Shown: piece by piece, positions 27,514 to 37,190 of the stretch
Layout of the letters: each line of letters starts with the position of its first letter
How positions within the stretch are numbered: position 1 is the first letter of the stretch
Source: Candidatus Gastranaerophilales bacterium
GTDB lineage: Bacteria; Cyanobacteriota; Vampirovibrionia; Gastranaerophilales; Gastranaerophilaceae
Assembly: GCA_944325665.1 (NCBI GenBank)
Contig: CALVAY010000005.1
Coordinates: 18,702 to 82,701 of the forward strand
Reading direction: 5' to 3'
Length of the DNA stretch: 64,000 nt
Made by a program: the position numbers and the translations under genes
Notes under the pieces: model-generated
The model's input: only the letters and a program-made list of their open reading frames with translations
Databases searched by the model: none
Told to the model about the DNA's origin: nothing

Positions 27514-28602
27514 ATGAAAAAAGCACTTATAACAGGTATTACAGGTCAAGACGGAAGCTATTTGGCAGAGTTACTTTTGGATAAAGGTTATGAAGTTCAC
27601 GGGATGAAACGTCGTGCTTCATCTTTTAATACACAAAGAATTGACCACCTTTATCAGGATATTCATAATCCAAACCTAAGATTTAAACTTCATTACGGCG
27701 ATTTAACCGATTCAACAAACTTAATCAGATTAATTCAAGAAATTCAGCCGGATGAAATATATAACCTTGCAGCACAATCTCACGTTAAAGTTTCTTTTGA
27801 TGAGCCCGAGTACACCGCAAACTCTGACGGTATAGGAACTTTAAGGTTATTGGAAGCAATCAGACTTTTAGGCTTAGGTGATAAAACAAAATTTTACCAA
27901 GCTTCAACTTCAGAATTATTCGGTAAAGTTCAAGAAACACCGCAAAAGGAAACAACTCCTTTTTACCCACGTTCACCTTATGCTTGTGCAAAATTATACG
28001 CATATTGGATTACCGTAAACTACCGTGAAAGTTATAATTTATTTGCTTGTAACGGTATTTTATTCAACCACGAAGGCCCACGCAGAGGCGAAACTTTCGT
28101 TACAAGAAAAATTACCCGTGCCGCTGTTAGAATTGCACTTGGCATGGAAGAAAAATTATACCTTGGAAACCTTGATTCTAAACGTGATTGGGGTCATGCA
28201 AAAGATTACGTTGAAGGTATGTGGAGAATCTTGCAACAAGATAAACCCGAAGACTTTGTTCTTGCAACAGGCGTAACAACTTCTATTCGTGATTTTTGTA
28301 ATATGACCTTTAATGAACTTGGCATTGACCTTGTTTGGGAAGGTAAAGGAGTTGACGAAAAAGGTATAGATAAGAAAACAGGCAAAGTTATAATTGAAGT
28401 TGACCCGAGATACTTTAGACCCGCAGAAGTTGACCTTCTTTTGGGTGATAGTGCAAAAGCTCGCCAAAAATTGGGCTGGACTCCTAAATATGACCTTAAA
28501 ACCATGGTTTCTGAAATGGTTGAAGAGGACATGAAGGAAGCTAAAAAAGAAAAAGTATTACGTGAAAAAGGATATGAGGTCTTAGTTCCTCAAGAGGCTT
28601 AA
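27514..28602 (+). CDS. gmd: GDP-mannose 4,6-dehydratase
   Basis: The start is moved to [22 protein letters not shown]. Has the SDR extended-family motifs and YACAKLY. Confidence 0.9.
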   Translation: MKKALITGITGQDGSYLAELLLDKGYEVHGMKRRASSFNTQRIDHLYQDIHNPNLRFKLHYGDLTDSTNLIRLIQEIQPDEIYNLAAQSHVKVSFDEPEYTANSDGIGTLRLLEAIRLLGLGDKTKFYQASTSELFGKVQETPQKETTPFYPRSPYACAKLYAYWITVNYRESYNLFACNGILFNHEGPRRGETFVTRKITRAAVRIALGMEEKLYLGNLDSKRDWGHAKDYVEGMWRILQQDKPEDFVLATGVTTSIRDFCNMTFNELGIDLVWEGKGVDEKGIDKKTGKVIIEVDPRYFRPAEVDLLLGDSAKARQKLGWTPKYDLKTMVSEMVEEDMKEAKKEKVLREKGYEVLVPQEA

Positions 28603-28604
28603 TT

Positions 28605-29219
28605 ATGAAAAAATTATTAGTGTTTTTGGCACTGTTTTGCTTTATGACACCTGCTTTTGCAGATCATAAAGTAGTGGTTCAGTGTTTAAACTCTTTTTCT
28701 TCGGATAATCCTTCTGCTTATTTTAAAGCAAAAGCTATTGAAGATATTGAGTTTGACAACGGTATAATTTTTGAAAAAAATACCGTAATTTCAGGCAAAG
28801 TTAAAGAAGTTGTTGACCCAAAGAGAGCAAAAAGAGATGCGTATTTTATCATCACACCTCTTAGCTATACAACACCCAGCGAAAATATGACAAGAAAAAT
28901 CAACCAAACGGGCTGGGAAGCTAAAGTTGTCGGCTATAAGCCCTTTGATGCCAAAGAAACCGCAAAAAGCGGCGCGGTTAGCGTTGCAAACTTCTTTGTA
29001 CAAGGTTTTTCAACAGCATATTATTTCACAAAAGGCTTTATTCACCCAAATGAAGAGGACGGAAGGTTAAAATCAGGAGCAAAATCCGCTTATGATAATT
29101 CCGTTTTATCTTACATACAAGAAGGTAATGCCCTTAAAGTTCAACAGGGAGATTTGCTTGAACTTGTGTTTTATCACTCTGATGTTCCCAAGTGGAAATT
29201 TTGGCAGAGAAATAAATAA
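28605..29219 (+). CDS. Secreted hypothetical protein
   Basis: Signal peptide MKKLLVFLALFCFMTPAFA. Confidence 0.5.
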   Translation: MKKLLVFLALFCFMTPAFADHKVVVQCLNSFSSDNPSAYFKAKAIEDIEFDNGIIFEKNTVISGKVKEVVDPKRAKRDAYFIITPLSYTTPSENMTRKINQTGWEAKVVGYKPFDAKETAKSGAVSVANFFVQGFSTAYYFTKGFIHPNEEDGRLKSGAKSAYDNSVLSYIQEGNALKVQQGDLLELVFYHSDVPKWKFWQRNK

Positions 29220-29249
29220 AATTAATCCCTCAAGTAAATTGAGGGATTT

Positions 29250-30053
29250 TTAATATCCTGTTTTTTCACAAATTTCATCAAAATATTTTATACTCTCAAT
29301 TAAAGCTTCTTTTTCAAAAATTTCAAAAGTAAATTGAGGATAAATGCAAATATCTTTTAGCGTTTGAATAACGGGCTCAAGCTGCATATTGCCGCGAAGT
29401 AAGGAAGAGTGAGAGTCCTCATCTTTGTAGTTGTTGTGCAAATGCATATGATGAAGCATAATGCCGTAGTTTTTAATCCACTCATCGGGAGTAATTTCCG
29501 AGTGAAGATTGCAATGTCCCAAATCAATTGTTGCCTTTAAGTTTGGCGAATTAATTGTGGCTACTATGCTTCTTATAAGCTCCCAATCAGGCTCATGAAC
29601 ATTTTCAATCGTCGCTGTTATCCCTTCTTTTTCAAAATAGGGAATAAATTCGTGGAAAAATTCAATGTTTCTTTTAAAGTACATTTGCCTGTATTCATTA
29701 TGCTTAAGCAAATTGTTAAAACATGTGTGAAAAACAACTGTTTTTGCATTGAATTCAAGAGCCAATTCCAAGCTTTGATAATATCTTTTCTCTGATACTT
29801 CACGAATTAAAGGGTCTTTTGCGGCAACATTTAAGTTAGAGAAGAACCCATGAAGAGTAACTTCGCCTTCAAAGTCCCTAAGTGCGGCTTTGTATTCTTT
29901 TTTTGTAATATCAAATAAATCTTCAATATCTTTCAATTTTCCAAAACGGCTGATTTCAATACCGCAATTAAGTTCATTGGCAATGTCCAACGCGCCTTTA
30001 AAATTGTGGTAATCTACCGTTGAGGATATAAATTTTTTGATTTGATTTTTCAT
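29250..30053 (-). CDS. Sugar phosphate isomerase/epimerase (xylose isomerase-like TIM barrel) family protein
   Basis: 267 aa with a pattern of His/Asp/Glu metal ligands (TVVFHT, IENVHE, IDLGHCNLH). Confidence 0.55.
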   Translation of the reverse strand: MKNQIKKFISSTVDYHNFKGALDIANELNCGIEISRFGKLKDIEDLFDITKKEYKAALRDFEGEVTLHGFFSNLNVAAKDPLIREVSEKRYYQSLELALEFNAKTVVFHTCFNNLLKHNEYRQMYFKRNIEFFHEFIPYFEKEGITATIENVHEPDWELIRSIVATINSPNLKATIDLGHCNLHSEITPDEWIKNYGIMLHHMHLHNNYKDEDSHSSLLRGNMQLEPVIQTLKDICIYPQFTFEIFEKEALIESIKYFDEICEKTGY

Positions 30054-30082
30054 ATAATAAAATTATAATTAAAAAATAAAAG

Positions 30083-30322
30083 ATGTATATAATTGAACTT
30101 ATAGCACAGGTAAGCACAAAATTTAAGAGCGGTGAATTTAGCTTTTCAAAGCTTTTTGAAAAAAAAATTCCCAAAGACGAAGTACAAAGCGAGCAAAAAT
30201 GTGAACATATTTTTGTTCCGATTGACTCTACCAAAAAAGTTTTAGCTTGCTCAAAGTGCGGTTATATCATTAAAGTTGACCCAAAAAAAATTAAAAAACC
30301 AAATCCGTTTTCAAAAGATTAA
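30083..30322 (+). CDS. Hypothetical small protein with a C-x-x-C pair
   Basis: ORF only. Contains ...LACSKCGYII. Confidence 0.3.
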   Translation: MYIIELIAQVSTKFKSGEFSFSKLFEKKIPKDEVQSEQKCEHIFVPIDSTKKVLACSKCGYIIKVDPKKIKKPNPFSKD

Positions 30323-30420
30323 TTTTTCCCCCAAAATAAGGCAAAAAAAATTAACAAATTGCCCGAGTTTATACTAAAATATATAATAATTACGGATAAG
30401 TATATTTAACAAGGTTCAAA

Positions 30421-31668
30421 TTGGATACGCAAAGAAGTTTATCTAACATCTTTGATGAGAAAAAAAGCAGTCAAATTTCCTCTGTTATCAAGGAATTTGA
30501 CGATAATTTCATGCCAAAAATTATCCAAGCTACACAAGAATGGTGGGAAAATGAATACGATTTTCGCGCTTTCTGTGTAAGTAATTACGAGCAAATTAAA
30601 GATAACAGATTTTTAAGAGGTGAAACTTTCTTTACAAGCCAAGTTCCCGACAGTATCTGTAACCCTGTTACAATAAGGCTTTCCGAAGAATTTGCAAGAA
30701 TATTTTTACACAATGCCTTTGGCTCAAATCGGGGTGAGTTTAGGCTTGTTGACTTATCCGAGCTTGAAATTAAAATCTTAAACGGTTTTTGCGACTTTGT
30801 TTATAAATCTTTTGCAGATTTACTTATCCCCTCAAAAGACTTAAATAAATTTGACCTTAAAAAGCACAAGGAAGTTGTAAACTTTATTATTGTTATAAAA
30901 GACAAAGATGAAAAAACATCGAAGATAGTTTTAACGCTGCCTTATGTAAGAATTAACAAAAAAGAATTTGAAAAAACAGAAAACTTTAGCGATGAATCTT
31001 TTAAAACCTTATCCGTAAATGTTGACATTGAAGCAGGAAGCTCAAAAATAACCTTAAGCGACCTTCAGAGTATGAGTTTAGGGGATATAATACTTCTTGA
31101 GAGCAGCAATGTTAACAAAATGAAAATCAAAACAGGTGAAGATATGATGGACTTTAAAGTTAATCCTGATCCTTCGCTTGTAATTGAGCTTGATGAAGAC
31201 GAACATGATATTGACAGAGAGGAGAATACAAATAAGAACATGTGGGATGATATTCAAATTGAGGTAAATGCTCAGTTCAAAAAAGTTAAGATGACTTTGG
31301 GAGAATTAAAACACATTTCAAAAGGTCTTGTTATTGATTTGGGTTCAATTTTTAACAATGAAATTTCTCTTCTTGTTGAAAATAAAACCGTTGCAAAGGG
31401 CGAGCTTGTAATAATCAATGATAAATATGCGGTAAAAATTAACAAAGTCATAAGCGATAATCAAGACGCTGCAAAAGGCCCTGCTCAAAAGCTTAAAGCT
31501 GCTGCACAAAATGCTCAAGCTCCTCAAGCTCAAAAAGCACCGGCTCAAAAAGCTCCAGCCCAAAAAGCCCCTGCTCCTCAAAAGCCTGCGGCGCAAAAAC
31601 CTGCCCCTCAAAAGCAAGAGGACTTAGAAGAGGACTTTGATTATTCGGATTTTGAAGAAGAAAAATAA
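30421..31668 (+). CDS. Flagellar switch protein of the FliM/FliN (SpoA-domain) family with a Pro/Ala/Gln/Lys repeat tail
   Basis: SpoA-like C-domain: MTLGELKHISKGLVIDLGS...LLVENKTVAKGELVIINDKYAVKI. The tail reads AQKAPAQKAPAQKAPAPQKPAAQKPAPQK. TTG start taken from the track. Confidence 0.6.
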   Translation: MDTQRSLSNIFDEKKSSQISSVIKEFDDNFMPKIIQATQEWWENEYDFRAFCVSNYEQIKDNRFLRGETFFTSQVPDSICNPVTIRLSEEFARIFLHNAFGSNRGEFRLVDLSELEIKILNGFCDFVYKSFADLLIPSKDLNKFDLKKHKEVVNFIIVIKDKDEKTSKIVLTLPYVRINKKEFEKTENFSDESFKTLSVNVDIEAGSSKITLSDLQSMSLGDIILLESSNVNKMKIKTGEDMMDFKVNPDPSLVIELDEDEHDIDREENTNKNMWDDIQIEVNAQFKKVKMTLGELKHISKGLVIDLGSIFNNEISLLVENKTVAKGELVIINDKYAVKINKVISDNQDAAKGPAQKLKAAAQNAQAPQAQKAPAQKAPAQKAPAPQKPAAQKPAPQKQEDLEEDFDYSDFEEEK

Positions 31669-31677
31669 AGGAAAATT

Positions 31678-32079
31678 ATGACAACTCATATAATAGCTTT
31701 CATTTTTTATACTCTTGCAATGCTTGGCGTTATTTTTGTCGCTTTTGCGGTGTATAAAAAGGTTGCTTTTAATCAAGGCGCACAGTCAAATTCAAAATTA
31801 AAAATAAATGACATGCTCCACATTAATCAGAGAAAATCTCTCTATGTCATACAATATGAAAACGAAAAATTTCTAATTGCCGCAGATATAGACAGAACAA
31901 CATTTCTGGCAAGATTAAATCAGAAAAATAATTCAAATTTTCAGCAGGAAGAACCATCTCAAATAAACGCTTGCGCTGATCCTGAACAAATGGTGCAAGA
32001 GTTAAGACAAGAAGGACTTAGCTCGAAAGCTGCAATGAGAAAAATTTTAAAAGAGTTAAATTCACAAAAAGAAAGATAA
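31678..32079 (+). CDS. fliO: FliO-like flagellar export protein
   Basis: Single N-terminal TM helix. Positioned directly upstream of fliP. LYVIQYENEKFLIA core. Confidence 0.5.
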   Translation: MTTHIIAFIFYTLAMLGVIFVAFAVYKKVAFNQGAQSNSKLKINDMLHINQRKSLYVIQYENEKFLIAADIDRTTFLARLNQKNNSNFQQEEPSQINACADPEQMVQELRQEGLSSKAAMRKILKELNSQKER

Positions 32080-32083
32080 TAAA

Positions 32084-32722
32084 ATGGATGTACTTTTGAA
32101 AGATATGAATCCCGTCATACAATTACTTGTGGTAATGACCCTGTTTTCGCTCTTGCCGCTTGTTTTTACCTGTATGACATCATTTTTAAGATTTACAATA
32201 GTTTTTTCAATGCTAAAAACAGCACTTGGTACACAAAGCGTTCCGCCCGCTATTGTTCTTATCGGTCTTTCAATGATTTTGACTTTTTATACAATGTCGC
32301 CCGTATTTGACCAAATGATTAAAGCGGGTCAGCCTGCTTATAAAAGCGGAAATCTTGTTTTGTGCATATCTGAAGGCTCAAAACCCTTGAAAGAATTTAT
32401 GCTCAAGCAGACAAGACAAAACGATTTGGCGTTTTTTGTTGAAAAAACAAGAAAAAATCCGCCCGCAACGCCTGAAGAGCTTACAATGTGGGAAGTTGCT
32501 CCTGCTTATATTATAAGCGAGCTTAAAACCGCCTTCGAAATAGGGTTTATAATTTTTATTCCCTTTATTGTCTTAGACCTTGTTGTGGCGAATATCCTTC
32601 TGGCACTAGGTATGTTTATGTTATCACCCACGATTATATCTCTGCCGTTTAAATTGCTGATATTTATCGCGGTTGACGGTTGGAGTTTGATTGTAAAAGG
32701 ACTTGTGGAGAGCTTTAACTAA
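32084..32722 (+). CDS. fliP: Flagellar export apparatus protein FliP
   Basis: TSFLRFTIVFSMLKTALGTQSVPP...LTFYTMSPVF is the canonical FliP core. Confidence 0.9.
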   Translation: MDVLLKDMNPVIQLLVVMTLFSLLPLVFTCMTSFLRFTIVFSMLKTALGTQSVPPAIVLIGLSMILTFYTMSPVFDQMIKAGQPAYKSGNLVLCISEGSKPLKEFMLKQTRQNDLAFFVEKTRKNPPATPEELTMWEVAPAYIISELKTAFEIGFIIFIPFIVLDLVVANILLALGMFMLSPTIISLPFKLLIFIAVDGWSLIVKGLVESFN

Positions 32723-33213
32723 TGGAAATAATGGTAGAATATCTTGCAAAAGGTTTTATGGTAATGCTTATGGTGTCTTTGCCATGCGTTTTGGTAGCTG
32801 CCGCAATCGGTCTTGTGGTCGGTATTTTGCAAGCCGTAACTCAGGTTCAAGAGCAAACAATTGCTGCTGCACCTAAAATTCTTGCAGTATTTTTGACAAT
32901 TATAATCCTTGGCATGTGGTACATTAAAATTCTTACGGAATTTGTCATTGAAGGTACGGTTATTGCCTTTAATGTCGTTCCTAAAAATGATGAATTTGTG
33001 CTTGATTCAAACTACTATAAACACACAAAACCCTTTAGCAATGAGATGTATGACAAAATTAACGAACCAAGTAAGGACTTGAAAGAAATAATGAAAAACC
33101 CGGGCAAACTGCCTTGGGTTGATAGTGCCGAAAAGAACATTTACGGCCCGACAAGAAGGGGTGCTAATCCTACACCTAACTTGATTGAAAGAAATAAAAT
33201 GATGGGGAGGTAA
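32722..33213 (+). CDS. fliQ: Flagellar export apparatus protein FliQ with a hydrophilic C-terminal extension of about 75 aa
   Basis: The first 85 aa or so match the FliQ pattern (GILQAVTQVQEQTIAAAPKILAVF). The remainder has no equivalent in the roughly 89-aa FliQ proteins I know. Confidence 0.8.
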   Translation: MEIMVEYLAKGFMVMLMVSLPCVLVAAAIGLVVGILQAVTQVQEQTIAAAPKILAVFLTIIILGMWYIKILTEFVIEGTVIAFNVVPKNDEFVLDSNYYKHTKPFSNEMYDKINEPSKDLKEIMKNPGKLPWVDSAEKNIYGPTRRGANPTPNLIERNKMMGR

Positions 33214-33216
33214 GAA

Positions 33217-33603
33217 ATGAAAAAGTTTTTTAGCATTTTATCGATTTTGCTTTTATCCGCTTCAGCTGCGTTTGCTTATGAAGTGGATGCCAACAGTGTT
33301 TTTGCAAGGACAGAATTTGTAGGTTTAAGACCTTATTCAAGATACACTCTTAACTGCCCTTCTATCGTTGAGAATGTTAACTATGGAGATAGGGCAAATT
33401 TAAGATTTTTCTTTATGGACAACGAACCGTTTGAACCAGGTAAAAGAGCGGGAAACGTCCTTGTAATAAGAACTTTTGACCCTTCAAGCTCAAGTTTTGA
33501 AGTATTTATGCAAGACGGCAATTCAATGGTTGTTAACTACAAAATTGACAATAAATATGAAAAAAACGGCGCTGTTGCGGGAAATTGCAGGATAGAACCT
33601 TAA
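33217..33603 (+). CDS. Secreted hypothetical protein embedded between fliQ and fliR
   Basis: Signal peptide MKKFFSILSILLLSASAAFA. Confidence 0.5.
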   Translation: MKKFFSILSILLLSASAAFAYEVDANSVFARTEFVGLRPYSRYTLNCPSIVENVNYGDRANLRFFFMDNEPFEPGKRAGNVLVIRTFDPSSSSFEVFMQDGNSMVVNYKIDNKYEKNGAVAGNCRIEP

Positions 33604-33611
33604 GTTAAGAT

Positions 33612-34391
33612 ATGGACCTATTTCTTGTACAATTTGCAAAACTTTTTCCCGAACTTAACCTTGCGTTAGGTGCGGGAATTATGGTGTTTTCAAGAATGCT
33701 TGGTCTTATGCAGTTTGCACCGATATTTAACAGAAAAGAAGTTCCCTCAATGGTGAGAATTTCAATTGCATTAATCGTTACGGTTATTGTAACTTTGCTT
33801 ATAAAACCTCAGCCAATACCTCCCAATACTTCAATTTTGCTTGGAATTCTTCTTAATTTTACATTTGGTGCAATCATGGGCTTTATTGCAAACTGTGTAC
33901 TTGCGGCAATTAGTGCGGGCGGGGATATGATAAATATGCAAATGGGTTTATCTTCTGCGATGGTATTAGACCCCACAACCCGTTCGCAAACCTCAATTTT
34001 GGGTAATTATTTTACAATTTTAGGGCTTATTATTTTTATCAGTGCAGGCGGTGCATACTGGCTTATTAACGCTTTTATAAGAAGTTTTGATATTTTTAAT
34101 ATGTACGGGAATATTATTCCCTTAGCTCAGGTTATTAACCCGCAATACCTTGTAAATATTACATCTAACGTATTATATTTTGGTATGCAGCTTGCAGCAC
34201 CTGTGCTTCTTGCAACTTTAGGGCAGGATATTATTTTGGGGATTATTTCAAAGACCGCTCCGCAAGTAAACGTGTTTCAGTTGAGCTTCCTGTTTAAACC
34301 GATTATGGGCGCTTTAATTTTAATTTGGATTTTACCTATGTTAATTAGCGTTATTACGGATTATATGACTTCATACGCAAGTATATTTTAG
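33612..34391 (+). CDS. fliR: Flagellar export apparatus protein FliR
   Basis: 259-aa polytopic protein with FliR-like motifs (VFSRMLGLMQFAPIF, QMGLSSA, APQVNVF). Confidence 0.85.
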   Translation: MDLFLVQFAKLFPELNLALGAGIMVFSRMLGLMQFAPIFNRKEVPSMVRISIALIVTVIVTLLIKPQPIPPNTSILLGILLNFTFGAIMGFIANCVLAAISAGGDMINMQMGLSSAMVLDPTTRSQTSILGNYFTILGLIIFISAGGAYWLINAFIRSFDIFNMYGNIIPLAQVINPQYLVNITSNVLYFGMQLAAPVLLATLGQDIILGIISKTAPQVNVFQLSFLFKPIMGALILIWILPMLISVITDYMTSYASIF

Positions 34392-34421
34392 TTTTTGGGT
34401 AATTGTTGCAGGGGATAGTGC

Positions 34422-34548
34422 ATTCGAGCTTCGCTCGGGCACGGTTTGTGCTCTGTGCCAAGCTCTTCGCTTGCCACATTCGCACTTCACACACCAAAGG
34501 CTCGCTCGCTCTCAAGCAGTGCAGTCGCACTAGCTTTCGAGCTTCGCT
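34422..34548 (+). repeat. 127-bp repeat, copy 1
   Basis: Differs from the copy at 34645-34771 by 5 transitions. Confidence 0.9.
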
Positions 34549-34644
34549 TAGTCCAGTGTCGCATAAGCCCACCACCTCATCGGTGCTGTGCATATGCTCA
34601 CATCCTTAAGGCTCGCTCGCTCTCATTGGACGCGTCGCGTCGCA

Positions 34645-34771
34645 ATTCGAGCTTCGCTCGGGTACGGTTCGTGCTTTGTGCCAAGCTCCCCGCTTGCCAC
34701 ATTCGCACTTCACACACCAAAGGCTCGCTCGCTCTCAAGCAGTGCAGTCGCACTAGCTTTCGAGCTTCGCT
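34645..34771 (+). repeat. 127-bp repeat, copy 2
   Basis: Offset of 223 nt from copy 1, which is not a multiple of 3. Confidence 0.9.
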
Positions 34772-34952
34772 CGACTTCGTATTCCGTAGTGCAAGGGTCT
34801 TGCTCAACGCAAGCCCCTATCGCACCGACTTCGTTCTCCGTAGTGCTCCATTCCGCCGGCTCAACGCCGCCGTCATTGGGAGCACCGACTTCGTATTCCG
34901 TAGTGCACGGGTCTTGCTCAACGCAAGCCCCTATCGCACCGACTTCGTATTT
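34772..34952 (+). repeat. Second tandem array (units 54/60/54 nt plus a partial), each starting CGACTTCGT
   Basis: Units start at 34772, 34826, 34886 and 34940. Units 1 and 3 are near-identical. Unit 2 keeps the flanks and the TCAAC loop but has a different stem. Confidence 0.85.
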
Positions 34953-35016
34953 AACCTCGGAAAATACATTAGTTTTTTCTCAAAAACCTATATTACAATC
35001 GCAAATGTAATATGTA

Positions 35017-35265
35017 ATGAGGTTTATCAAAATGTTTAAAATCGATTTAGCTAGAGGACAGTTTTTAATGCGTGTGATTAAATTGCAATTTCACAAAAAA
35101 ATTTATTCAATAAACATTAAAAAGCTTAACTCTGTTCTTGAAAAAATTGGCGCACACAAATTTTTTGATGAAAAAAGTCAAGACATAAAGGACTTTTTAT
35201 TCGGTCAAAAACTGCTCTACACCGAGTTTTTAGAATTTATAAGCGATGAAGTTACATCTTCTTAG
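35017..35265 (+). CDS. Hypothetical small protein (doubtful)
   Basis: ORF only. Overlaps the kdsA 3' end. Confidence 0.2.
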   Translation: MRFIKMFKIDLARGQFLMRVIKLQFHKKIYSINIKKLNSVLEKIGAHKFFDEKSQDIKDFLFGQKLLYTEFLEFISDEVTSS

Positions 35266-36070
35266 TAAGTTCAAACAAATCTTTTAAATTCTTGAATAAT
35301 TTGTGGGCATCATCAAGTGCAATCATGTTGTCCCCGTCGCATTTAGCACACTCGGGGCATGGGTGAATTTCAAAGAATAAAGCTCTTGCCCCTGCTGCAA
35401 CGGCACTTTTGGCGAGCATCGGGACAAATTTTCTCTCGCCTGATGATGACGAGCCGTGTCCGCCCGGCAGTTGCACACTGTGAGTTGCATCAAATACAAC
35501 AGGGTAGCCCAACTCTTGAATTATAGGGATTGAGCGCATATCTACAACTAAGTTATTGTAGCCAAAACTTGTACCTCTTTCGGTGATTAAAATCTTATCA
35601 TTGCCGCTGTCTATAACTTTTTTAGCGGCAGAGCCGATTTGATAAGGGGACAAAAACTGTCCTTTTTTAATGTTCACAATTTTTCCTGTTTTTGCTGCCG
35701 CAACAAGCATATCGGTTTGACGGCACAAAAAAGCGGGGATTTGCAAAACATCAGCCACGTCTGCAACTTCTGACGCTTGGCTTGGCTCGTGAAAATCGGT
35801 TACAACAGGCACATTAAATTCTTTTTTAACTTTGTCCAAAAGCTCAAGTCCGACTTTTAGCCCCGGGCCTCGATAAGAATTGATTGATGAGCGGTTTGCC
35901 TTGTCAAAGCTTGCTTTGAATACGTAGTTAATATTAAGCTCGGCGCAAATTTTCTTTAGAGTTTTTGCACACTCAAAAAGCATTTCTTCGTTTTCAATTA
36001 CGCAAGGGCCTGCAAAAATTGTAAGTTTGTTGCCGCCTATTTCAAAATTGTTAAGTTTTACAGTTTTCAT
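35252..36070 (-). CDS. kdsA: 3-deoxy-8-phosphooctulonate (KDO-8-P) synthase
   Basis: 272 aa with FKASFDKANRSS and DATHSVQLPGG motifs. Confidence 0.9.
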   Translation of the reverse strand: MKTVKLNNFEIGGNKLTIFAGPCVIENEEMLFECAKTLKKICAELNINYVFKASFDKANRSSINSYRGPGLKVGLELLDKVKKEFNVPVVTDFHEPSQASEVADVADVLQIPAFLCRQTDMLVAAAKTGKIVNIKKGQFLSPYQIGSAAKKVIDSGNDKILITERGTSFGYNNLVVDMRSIPIIQELGYPVVFDATHSVQLPGGHGSSSSGERKFVPMLAKSAVAAGARALFFEIHPCPECAKCDGDNMIALDDAHKLFKNLKDLFELTKKM

Positions 36071-36122
36071 AAATTTTATTATATAATATTCATAAAGATT
36101 AGGGAATAGAGGAAATTTTTAA

Positions 36123-37190
36123 ATGGCTGAAACTAAAGAAAAAGAATTGGATGAAATAAAGGCAGGGAAAGACAAAGCGCTTAAACTTGCATTAGATAAA
36201 ATTGAAAAAGATTTCGGAAAAGGTTCAATCATGCGCCTTGGCGACAGGGCAACTTTGAATGTGGAATATATTCCGACAGGTGCCCTAGCACTTGATATTG
36301 CTCTTGGCATAGGTGGTGTACCAAAAGGCAGAGTTATTGAAATTTACGGGCCTGAATCAAGCGGTAAAACAACTTTGGCACAGCATATTGTTGCAGAGGC
36401 TCAGAAAAAAGGCGGTATAGCAGCGTTTATAGATGCAGAGCATGCTCTTGACCCTGAATATGCAAGAAATTTAGGTGTTAATGTGGATGAGCTTTTAATA
36501 TCTCAGCCTGATACAGGTGAACAGGCTCTGGAAATTGCCGAAGAACTCGTGCGCTCGGGTGCGATTGACGTTATTGTCATCGACTCTGTTGCGGCTCTTG
36601 TACCTAAGGCAGAAATTGAAAAGGCGATGGATGAGCAGCAAATGGGTCTGCAAGCTCGTCTTATGTCAAAGGCTTTGAGGAAATTAACGGGTATTGTAGG
36701 TAAAACTAATACAACAGTAATTTTCATCAACCAATTAAGACAAAAAATCGGCATAATGTTTGGTAACCCTGAAACAACAACAGGCGGTAATGCCCTTAAA
36801 TATTATGCTTCAGTAAGACTTGACATAAGAAGAATTGATTCGGTTAAAAATAAAGAAGGTGAAGACATCGGTAACAGAGTTAAAGTTAAAGTTGTTAAAA
36901 ACAAAGTTGCTCCGCCGTTTAGAGTTGCCGAATTTGATATAATTTACGGAAAAGGTATTTGTGCAATCGGAAATATCTTAGATGTTGCCGTTAATATGGA
37001 TATTGTTAAAAAAGCAGGTGCTTGGTTTAGCTACAACGATGAGAAATTGGGTCAAGGCAGAGATAAATCGAAAGAATTTTTGGAAGCTAATCCCGATGTT
37101 TTAGCTGAAATTGAAACAAAAGTAAGAGAAAAGCTTGCAGCAGCTAAAAAGGCAAACCAAAAAACAGATGAGGACAAAAAGGAAGAATAG
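36123..37190 (+). CDS. recA: Recombinase RecA
   Basis: [10 protein letters not shown] Walker [11 protein letters not shown] and [14 protein letters not shown]. Confidence 0.95.
   Translation: MAETKEKELDEIKAGKDKALKLALDKIEKDFGKGSIMRLGDRATLNVEYIPTGALALDIALGIGGVPKGRVIEIYGPESSGKTTLAQHIVAEAQKKGGIAAFIDAEHALDPEYARNLGVNVDELLISQPDTGEQALEIAEELVRSGAIDVIVIDSVAALVPKAEIEKAMDEQQMGLQARLMSKALRKLTGIVGKTNTTVIFINQLRQKIGIMFGNPETTTGGNALKYYASVRLDIRRIDSVKNKEGEDIGNRVKVKVVKNKVAPPFRVAEFDIIYGKGICAIGNILDVAVNMDIVKKAGAWFSYNDEKLGQGRDKSKEFLEANPDVLAEIETKVREKLAAAKKANQKTDEDKKEE

Larger units (their letters stand above)
34408..34960 (+). repeat. GC-rich non-coding composite repeat locus; candidate structured RNA(s) of unknown class
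   Basis: Visibly GC-rich against AT-rich flanks, and open in several frames on both strands. Contains two repeat families (sub-features below). The hairpins show compensatory stem changes. Plus-strand assignment rests on G-C to G-U substitutions. Confidence 0.6.

Noticed and set aside
34422-34771. A diversity-generating retroelement template/variable repeat pair
   Set aside because: The five differences between the copies are C/T transitions with no adenine-specific pattern. No reverse transcriptase or target gene is nearby.
34408-34960. A CRISPR array, given regularly spaced conserved boxes at about 111-nt periodicity
   Set aside because: The repeats are about 51 nt with a variable palindromic centre rather than identical units. 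Two of the three 'spacers' are near-identical copies of each other. No cas genes or leader are present.
34403-35039. Protein-coding ORFs called in the GC-rich locus (34446-35039, 34588-35010, 34403-34609, and minus-strand ORFs)
   Set aside because: Several overlapping frames on both strands are open at once. The 127-bp repeats are offset by 223 nt, so they would be read in different frames. The translations are low-complexity S/R/A/L strings without start context. This is consistent with GC-rich non-coding DNA.
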